DNA of 12,677 bases from assembly GCA_043779265.1 (NCBI GenBank), contig JAYWEM010000043.1, positions 1 to 12,677 on the forward strand, written 5' to 3'. This document shows, piece after piece, positions 6,938-12,677 of the stretch (positions within the stretch are counted from its first letter, which is position 1; each line of letters opens with the position of its first letter). A model generated the notes under the pieces. It made no database searches and was not told the origin of the DNA. It worked only from the letters and a program-made list of their open reading frames with translations. The position numbers and the translations under genes are program-made. This DNA is from a bacterium. Its GTDB lineage: Bacteria; Eisenbacteria; RBG-16-71-46.

Positions 6938-7644
6938 GCCAGCTCGCGGTCGAAGGGCTCGATGTCTACTACGGCGCTGTGCATGCCCTGAAGGGCGTCT
7001 CGCTGCACGTGGAGCCGGGCGAGATCGTGACGCTGATCGGCGCCAACGGGGCCGGCAAGACCACGCTGTTGCGCACGATCTCGGGCCTCGTGCCGCCACG
7101 CGGCGGCCGGGTGCTGTTCGAGGGACGCGACATCACCAAGATGCCCGCCCACGAGATCGTCGGACTCGGACTGTCGCAGTCGCCCGAGGGCCGCATGGTG
7201 TTCTCGAACCTCTCGGTCGAGGACAACCTCGAGATGGGCGCCTATCTACGCAAGGACCGTGCCGCCATCAAGACGGATCGCGACGAGGTTTTCCGCCTGT
7301 TCCCCCGATTGTTGGAGCGCCGCCGGCAGATGGCAGGTACGCTCTCGGGAGGCGAGCAGCAGATGCTCGCCATCAGTCGCGCGCTGATGTCGCGCCCGCG
7401 TGTGCTGCTGCTCGATGAGCCCTCGCTCGGGATCGCACCGCTTCTCGTGCGCGACATCTTCAAGAACATCGTCGAGATCAATCGCCGCGGGGTGACGATC
7501 CTGTTGGTGGAGCAGAACGCGCACATGGCCCTCGGGATCGCCGCACGCGGCTATGTCCTGGAGACGGGCCGGGTGGTCCTGGAGGATCAGGCCGCCAAGC
7601 TGGCTGCGAATGATGAGGTTCGAAAGGCCTATCTCGGGGGGTGA
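6934..7644 (+). CDS. livF: Branched-chain amino acid ABC transporter ATP-binding protein LivF
   Basis: GTG start in a GTGA overlap. Walker A GANGAGKTT, SPEGRMVF, signature LSGGEQQMLAI, LLLDEPSLG, LLVEQNA, VRKAYLGG. Confidence 0.95.
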   Translation: MSQLAVEGLDVYYGAVHALKGVSLHVEPGEIVTLIGANGAGKTTLLRTISGLVPPRGGRVLFEGRDITKMPAHEIVGLGLSQSPEGRMVFSNLSVEDNLEMGAYLRKDRAAIKTDRDEVFRLFPRLLERRRQMAGTLSGGEQQMLAISRALMSRPRVLLLDEPSLGIAPLLVRDIFKNIVEINRRGVTILLVEQNAHMALGIAARGYVLETGRVVLEDQAAKLAANDEVRKAYLGG

Positions 7645-7673
7645 CTCAACTCCCGGACGGGTTCACCGATACT

Positions 7674-7776
7674 TCAGTTTGGCGCGGCGTCCGGATGGAC
7701 CGCGAACGAGCGCGGTTCGACCCCCGGCGGCCGATCGAATGTTGTTCGACGGTTGCTGCCGGCGCCGCGCCACTGA
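7674..7776 (+). ncRNA. Candidate structured RNA (three-way junction) between livF and selA
   Basis: P1: TCAGT 7674-78/ACTGA 7772-76, GGCGCGGCG 7681-89/CGCCGCGCC 7763-71, CCGG 7691-94/7759-62. P2: GGACCGCG 7697-7704/CGCGGTTC 7711-18. P3: CGGCGGCCG 7725-33/CGGTTGCTG 7750-58 and TCGAA 7735-39/TTCGA 7745-49. The four G-U pairs form only on the + strand. Confidence 0.45.
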
Positions 7777-7782
7777 CTCCCG

Positions 7783-7818
7783 GCGCGTCGGGGCCTTTGG
7801 TTTCGCGCCCCGGCGCGC
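7783..7818 (+). other. 12-bp hairpin overlapping the predicted selA -35 region (possible U-less terminator or pause site)
   Basis: GCGCGTCGGGGC (7783-7794) pairs with GCCCCGGCGCGC (7807-7818), one G-U pair, 12-nt loop. No U-tract follows. Confidence 0.4.
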
Positions 7819-7830
7819 GACTGCTAGCGT
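7802..7830 (+). promoter_or_regulatory. Putative extended -10 promoter of selA (leaderless arrangement)
   Basis: TGcTAGCGT (7822-7830) lies 7 nt before ATG 7838. Weak -35 TTCGCG (7802-7807) at 17 nt. No SD. Confidence 0.55.
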
Positions 7831-7837
7831 GCGCGGC

Positions 7838-9226
7838 ATGACTCGTGATGCGCGCCGCTCCCTGCCCTCGGTCGAGGTCCTGCTCCAGCATGACGCCCTT
7901 CGAGGTGTGCGCGAGGCGCTGGCCCGCCCACTCGTGGTCGCCGCGGTTCGCGCCACGCTCGCAGAGGCGCGCGCCGCGCTGAAGCGCAAGGAGCAGGCGC
8001 CCTCCGCCGATGAGCTCGCGGCGCGGGCGTCCGAAGAAGCCGAGCGCCAGGCCAGGCCCCTGCTGCGGCGGGTGCTCAATGCGACGGGCGTCGTGCTGCA
8101 CACGAATCTCGGCCGCGCGCCGCTGGCCGAGGCGGCACGCCGCGCGGTGGCCGAAGTGGCCGCTGGCTACTGCTCGCTCGAGTACGACGTCGAAGCCGGC
8201 AAGCGCGGCGAGCGTGGCGCCGGTGTCGAGCGCTGGATCACGCGGCTCTCCGGAGCCAAGGCCGCCTGCGTCGTGAACAACGGCGCGGCCGCCATCCTGG
8301 TCGCCCTGTCGGCCCTGGCCTCGGGCCGCAAGGTGGCGGTCTCGCGAGGCGAGTTGGTCGAGATCGGCGGCAGTTTCCGAGTGCCCGAGATCATGGAGAA
8401 GAGCGGCGCGGAACTGGTCGAGGTCGGAGCCACCAATCGCACGCATCTTCGCGACTACGAGCGGGCGTTCGCGAAGCACCCCGACATCGGGGCCATCCTG
8501 CGCGTGCACCCCTCCAACTTCCGCGTCCAGGGTTTCACCGCGCGCCCCGCACACGAGGACTTGGCGGCGCTCGCCCGCAAGCGCAAGGTGCCGCTCATCG
8601 AGGATCTCGGCAGTGGTGCGCTGGTGGATCTCTCCCTGCACGGCCTCGAACGAGAACCAACCGTTGGCGACAGCCTGTCGGCCGGCAGCGACGTGGTCAC
8701 GTTCTCCGGCGACAAGCTGCTCGGCGGCCCGCAGGCGGGCTTCATCGTCGGCAGCGCCAAATGGATCGGGCGGATCCGCAAGGACCCGCTCGCTCGCGCC
8801 ATGCGGGTGGACAAGCTCACGCTGGCCGCGCTCGAGGCGACGCTCGCGCTCTACGCCGAGCCCGCCCGCGCGAGGCTGGAGGTGCCCGCCCTGGCCATGC
8901 TGGCCGCGACGCCCGAGGCGCTCCAGGAGCGCGCCGAGCGACTCTCGAACGAGTTGGCGGCGCGCATCGAGGGCCTGACGCTGTCCGTCGTCGAGGGCGC
9001 CGGCGAAGTGGGAGGCGGAGCGCTGCCACTCGAACGCCTCCGCGGCTTCGTCGTCGAGGTGGTGCACCGCAGCCGTTCGGCCTCGGAGCTCGAAGCGCTC
9101 GCGCGTTCGGCCGATCCGCCCGTCATCGGGACGATCCGTTCGGGACGTCTGCGATTCGATGTCCGTACGCTTCGCGACACCGAACTCGGCATGGCGGCGA
9201 CGGCCCTTGCCAGGGTCTGGGGCTGA
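7838..9226 (+). CDS. selA: L-seryl-tRNA(Sec) selenium transferase (selenocysteine synthase)
   Basis: 462 aa from ATG 7838. N-terminal RSLPSVEVLL segment, VLNATGVVLHTNLGRAPL, SRGELVEIGGSFRVPEIM, EVGATNRTH, VHPSNF, EDLGSG, PLP lysine in FSGDK293LLGGPQAG, PLARAMRVDK, VGGGALP, FDVRTL. Confidence 0.95.
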   Translation: MTRDARRSLPSVEVLLQHDALRGVREALARPLVVAAVRATLAEARAALKRKEQAPSADELAARASEEAERQARPLLRRVLNATGVVLHTNLGRAPLAEAARRAVAEVAAGYCSLEYDVEAGKRGERGAGVERWITRLSGAKAACVVNNGAAAILVALSALASGRKVAVSRGELVEIGGSFRVPEIMEKSGAELVEVGATNRTHLRDYERAFAKHPDIGAILRVHPSNFRVQGFTARPAHEDLAALARKRKVPLIEDLGSGALVDLSLHGLEREPTVGDSLSAGSDVVTFSGDKLLGGPQAGFIVGSAKWIGRIRKDPLARAMRVDKLTLAALEATLALYAEPARARLEVPALAMLAATPEALQERAERLSNELAARIEGLTLSVVEGAGEVGGGALPLERLRGFVVEVVHRSRSASELEALARSADPPVIGTIRSGRLRFDVRTLRDTELGMAATALARVWG

Positions 9227-9238
9227 GCGGGGAAGTCG

Positions 9239-9267
9239 TTGACCCTGCGGACGTAACCCCTTACCTT
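9239..9267 (+). promoter_or_regulatory. Near-consensus sigma70 promoter upstream of smc
   Basis: TTGACC (9239-9244), 17 nt, TACCTT (9262-9267). Predicted TSS ~9273-9275, about 250 nt before the smc ATG. Confidence 0.7.
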
Positions 9268-9272
9268 TCGTC

Positions 9273-9462
9273 GCGGCAGAGGCTTCGGGGACGACTCGGC
9301 GACACCCCGCCACACGCAGGGTGCCCCCCATGGGGGCCCCGGTGGGGAAGTGTCCGCATCGATCCGAGGACCCCTGCTCCGAGACAGCGCTCACACACCT
9401 TCGGACGACACCGAGGTTTCGGAACATAGGACCCGCCCGGGCGCCGACTTCGCCCGAGCCGC
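9273..9462 (+). ncRNA. Candidate ~190-nt structured RNA / smc 5' leader
   Basis: Begins at the predicted TSS. The 5' end pairs with 9442-9462 (TCGGCG/CGCCGA, TCGGG/CCCGA, GCGGC/GCCGC), enclosing two long arms at ~9301-9354 and ~9363-9441. Confidence 0.4.
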
Positions 9463-9525
9463 CACGACCACGCCGGACCCCCGAGGGGCCCGGTGGCCGT
9501 GCGCGCACCGTTCAGCGAGGCAGGG

Positions 9526-12500
9526 ATGTTCCTCGAACGACTCGAGATCCAGGGATTCAAGTCCTTCGTCGACCGCACCGACATGCGCTTCGGCGATGGC
9601 ATCACCGGCGTCATCGGACCCAACGGCTGTGGCAAGACGAATGTGTCGGATGCCATCCGCTGGGTGCTCGGGGAACAGAGCGCCAAGCAACTCCGCGGTG
9701 ACACGATGGAGGACGTCATCTTCAACGGCTGCCCGTCGCGCAAGCCGCTCGGGATGGCCGAGGTCCACCTCACGTTCCGCAATGAGCGCGGCATCCTGCC
9801 GACCGAGTTCAGCGAGGTCACCATCTCGCGCCGCGTCTTCCGCTCGGGCATGTCCGAGTACTTCCTCAACAAGACGCCGTGCCGCCTCAAGGACATCAAG
9901 GACCTGTTCTTCGACACCGGCATGGGCTCGCACGCCTACTCGGTGATCGAGCGCTCCATGGTGGACAACATCCTCTCGGACAACACCGGCCATCGCCGGT
10001 TCCTGTTCGAGGAGGCCGCCGGCATCACCAAGTACAAGCAGCGCAAGAAGGAAGCGCTCAACAAGCTCGATGCGACCGAGGGCGATCTGACGCGCCTCAA
10101 CGACATCGTGTTCGAGATCGAGCGCGAGCTGCGCTCGCTGGCGCGCCAGGTCGGCAAGGCCCGCAAGTACCAGAGGCTGCGCGACGAAGTGCGCGACCTC
10201 GACCTCGCCCTGACGGCCGGCGCGATCGAGGCGCTGACGCAGCGTGAGGCCAAGGCGAAAGAGGAGTGGCAGGAGGAGGCCGTGCGCCGCGAAGGCGCCA
10301 CCGCCGGCCTCGACCTGCTCGAAGCGCTGCTCAACGATCAGAAGCTGGCGCTGCTCGAACTGGAGCGCGAGCTCGGCACGGCGCAGGGCGGCCTCAAGGA
10401 TCGCGAAGAGGCCCGCATCGCGGCCGAACACCAGGTCGTGCTGCTCCGAGAGCGCGCCGACGGTCTGACCCGCCGCGCGGACGAGGCCAGCGAAGAGGCG
10501 AGTCGCATGCGCGAGCGCATGGCCGAGACGCAGGCACGCGAAGAGGAGGCCAAGACCCAGTTGGCTGCCCTGCGCGCCGAGCGTGAGACGGCCCAGACGG
10601 AGGCCGAGGAGCACGAGGCCTCGCTCAATCAGCTCGAGACCGACCTGCGCGCCTGCCGTCAGCAGGCCGCCACGCACAAGCAGTTGTCGCTCGATCTGTT
10701 CTCGGTCGAGGCGGAGAAGAAGGGCACGATCGCCCGAGTCGGCGAGCGCAGCACGGCACTGACCGAGCATCGCGCGACGGCCGAGGCCCGCCGCGCAGAA
10801 CTGCTCGAGCGTGTCGAGGAACTGGCGCGCGCACTCGAGGAGGGTGCCGAGCGACGAACCGAACTCGAGGCCGCGGTCGAATCCGCTCGTGGCGAAGTGG
10901 CCGCCAGCGAGGACGCCATCGTCAGCGTCAGCGCCCGCATCGCCGAGACCGATGCCGAGCTCTCGCGTGTGCGTCAGGAGTCCGCCGCGCTCGATGCGCG
11001 TCTGCGCACGCTGCTCGAACTCAAGCACAGCTTCGAGGGCGTCTCGGACGGCGTGAAGGCGCTGCTTGCGGGCGACGATCGCCTGGCGGGGCTGGTCGGT
11101 GTCGTGGCCGATGTACTCGACGTGCCATCGCATCTGCTCGACGCGCTCGAATCCTCGCTCGGCGAAGCGGCGAGCTTCGTGCTGGTCGACGACATCACCC
11201 AGGCGGAGCCTGCTCTGGCGCGCCTGCGCGGGCTCAAGAGCGGCCGCGCGACACTGGTGGACCTGGCCTCCCTGACCGCGCCGCAGCCGATCGAGCTGCC
11301 GTCACACCCGGCCGTCGTCGGGCGGGCGTCGGATCTGGTGAGCTGCGACGAGCGCTATCGCGTGCTGTCGCAAAGGCTGCTCGGCTCCGTCGTCGTGGTC
11401 GAGACGCGCGAAGCGGCGGCCGAACTCGCTCACGCGAGCCCGGGCGGCATGCGTTTCGTGAGTCTCGGTGGCGAGGTGTGGGAGCGTGGCCGTGTGCGCG
11501 CGGGCGGCAGTGCGGTCGGCGCCGGGCTGCTCCACCGTGAGAACGAGATCCGCTCGCTGTCGGGGCAGTCGACCGATCTGTCGCTGGCGATCGAGGGCCG
11601 TCAGCTCGAGCGTCACGAGCGCGAAGCCTCGCGCACCCAGGCGGTGGAGCATCGCGATCACGCGCGCTGGTCGCTCGATGAGGCGCGGACCGCCCTCGAG
11701 TCGCAGGTCCGCGAGCTCTCCGGTCTCGACCGCGAGCGCGGCTTCGCGGCCAAGGAGGCCGAGGAGCGCGAGCGCGAGATGGGGCTGCACGCCATCGAGC
11801 TCGAGACGCTCGCACGTGCGCTCGCCGAGGCCGAAGCCGAGCTGAGCGCGTTCCAGAGCCAGCTCGACGAGGCTCGCCGGCATCTGCAGGAGTCCGACGT
11901 CGAAGTGCGAGGACTCGAGCAGCGGCGCGATGACGCGGCCACCCGTGCCCAGGTGTCGCGCGAGACGCTGTTGCGTCTGTCGCGTGAGGCCGGCGAGTGG
12001 GAAGGCGCGTGGGCGCGTGCCGAGCAGACCGTTCGCGAACTCGACACCGGCATCCGTGCCCGCGAGGAGGAGGCGAGCCAGCATCGCTCCCGCATCGCCG
12101 AGATCCAGGCTGAGATGAACGGGCTGGCCTCCGGGCTGACGGGCCTGCTCGAGTCCGAGGGCACGCAGCGTGACCACGTCGTCGGGTTGCAGCAGCGATT
12201 CCTGGCGCTCAAGGGAGAGGTCCAGGCGGGCGAGGAGTCGGCCAAGGGCCAGCGCTTCGAGGTGACCGAGTTGAGCGAGCGCTTGCACCAGCTCGAACTC
12301 GATCGCGTCCAGGCTCGCGCCGAGCTCGATCGCACGTTCGAGCGTCTGCGCAGCGAGTACGAGCTGTCCCCGGAGAACTGGGAGCCGCGTTCGCTTCCCG
12401 AGGGGGTCGATCCCGAGACCGCTCCATCGAGGCTCGAGGAGGCGCGTCTGAGGCTCCGCGCCATCGGCCCGGTCAATCTGCTGGCGCTCGATGAGTACTC

Positions 12501-12677
12501 CAAGAAGAAGGAGCGCTTCACGTTCCTGACGCAGCAGCGCGAGGACGTGAACCAGGCCAAGACCCAGCTGCTCGAGGCCATCGAGAAGATCAACGTGACC
12601 GCCAGCGAGATGTTCAGCGAGACGTTCGTGAAGGTGCAGGAGAACTTCAAGGACATCTTCAAGACGCTGTTCGAGGG
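9526..12677 (+). CDS. smc: Chromosome segregation protein SMC (3'-truncated by the window)
   Basis: GAGG SD at 9517-9520. MFLERLEIQGFKSF, Walker A GPNGCGKTN, WVLGEQSAKQLRG..MEDVIFNG, FEEAAGITKYK, long coiled coil, hinge (SFEG...GVVADVL...GRATLV...LLGSVVVV), return coil, IGPVNLLALDEY, and FKTLFEG at the edge in the same frame. About 1050 codons with no stop reported in the ORF track. Confidence 0.97.
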   Translation, partial: MFLERLEIQGFKSFVDRTDMRFGDGITGVIGPNGCGKTNVSDAIRWVLGEQSAKQLRGDTMEDVIFNGCPSRKPLGMAEVHLTFRNERGILPTEFSEVTISRRVFRSGMSEYFLNKTPCRLKDIKDLFFDTGMGSHAYSVIERSMVDNILSDNTGHRRFLFEEAAGITKYKQRKKEALNKLDATEGDLTRLNDIVFEIERELRSLARQVGKARKYQRLRDEVRDLDLALTAGAIEALTQREAKAKEEWQEEAVRREGATAGLDLLEALLNDQKLALLELERELGTAQGGLKDREEARIAAEHQVVLLRERADGLTRRADEASEEASRMRERMAETQAREEEAKTQLAALRAERETAQTEAEEHEASLNQLETDLRACRQQAATHKQLSLDLFSVEAEKKGTIARVGERSTALTEHRATAEARRAELLERVEELARALEEGAERRTELEAAVESARGEVAASEDAIVSVSARIAETDAELSRVRQESAALDARLRTLLELKHSFEGVSDGVKALLAGDDRLAGLVGVVADVLDVPSHLLDALESSLGEAASFVLVDDITQAEPALARLRGLKSGRATLVDLASLTAPQPIELPSHPAVVGRASDLVSCDERYRVLSQRLLGSVVVVETREAAAELAHASPGGMRFVSLGGEVWERGRVRAGGSAVGAGLLHRENEIRSLSGQSTDLSLAIEGRQLERHEREASRTQAVEHRDHARWSLDEARTALESQVRELSGLDRERGFAAKEAEEREREMGLHAIELETLARALAEAEAELSAFQSQLDEARRHLQESDVEVRGLEQRRDDAATRAQVSRETLLRLSREAGEWEGAWARAEQTVRELDTGIRAREEEASQHRSRIAEIQAEMNGLASGLTGLLESEGTQRDHVVGLQQRFLALKGEVQAGEESAKGQRFEVTELSERLHQLELDRVQARAELDRTFERLRSEYELSPENWEPRSLPEGVDPETAPSRLEEARLRLRAIGPVNLLALDEYSKKKERFTFLTQQREDVNQAKTQLLEAIEKINVTASEMFSETFVKVQENFKDIFKTLFE

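Noticed and set aside
2936..7099. Long minus-strand ORFs opposite the liv genes (443, 186, 274, 348 aa)
   Set aside because: Antisense shadows caused by codon bias, with no family motifs.
7703..7795. Cobalamin riboswitch (GCCACTG at 7769-7775 followed by a short stem)
   Set aside because: Lacks the GGGAA core, the CCCCGCAACTGT segment, GGGAAG and the B12-box 3' end.
7553..7837. 95-aa N-terminal extension of SelA in the ORF track
   Set aside because: SelA similarity starts at MTRDARRSLPSV (7838). The extension overlaps livF and the structured spacer.
7646..9508. 620-aa minus-strand ORF spanning selA and both flanking spacers
   Set aside because: Antisense to a clear selA, with Arg/Gly/Ala-rich composition and no motifs.
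9321..9701. 126-aa ORF or uORF in the smc leader
   Set aside because: Pro/Arg-rich, out of frame with and overlapping smc, with no clear SD or motifs.
11464..11508. SMC hinge glycine motif reads LGGEVWERGRVRAGG rather than exact GX6GX3GG
   Set aside because: A one-residue spacing difference with the glycines retained, within plausible family variation.
9391..12662. Long minus-strand ORFs opposite smc (580, 328, 334 aa)
   Set aside because: Typical antisense shadows of a coiled-coil gene.
1..12677. CRISPR array, transposase/integrase, rRNA, canonical tRNA or Wadjet-like SMC defence system
   Set aside because: No repeat-spacer array or recombinase motifs were seen. The SMC has canonical housekeeping motifs and no jet/mks partners upstream; downstream genes are outside the window.

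Overview
GC-rich bacterial window, mostly housekeeping and cell-envelope genes. The FlgD-Ig/T9SS-like C-terminal domain and the SMC Q-loop variant suggest an FCB-related lineage such as Ca. Eisenbacteria (inference). In order: the 3' end of a secreted protein with a C-terminal sorting/Ig domain (+); a convergent ~150-nt hairpin-forming spacer; a large lipoprotein N-acetylmuramoyl-L-alanine amidase (-) with one intact and one catalytically dead Amidase_3 domain; a divergent, complete livJ/K-H-M-G-F branched-chain amino acid ABC transporter operon (+); a strongly structured spacer; a stand-alone selA (+); a near-consensus sigma70 promoter with a ~250-nt structured leader; and smc (+, runs off the end). 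I saw no mobile-element genes, CRISPR array or defence system. The most interesting signals are three candidate structured RNAs in intergenic DNA, a TAGCGT-N6/7-ATG leaderless-promoter motif shared by the amidase and selA, the active-plus-pseudo amidase architecture, and helically phased TCC repeats upstream of livJ. All RNA structures were folded by eye in high-GC DNA and need computational confirmation.
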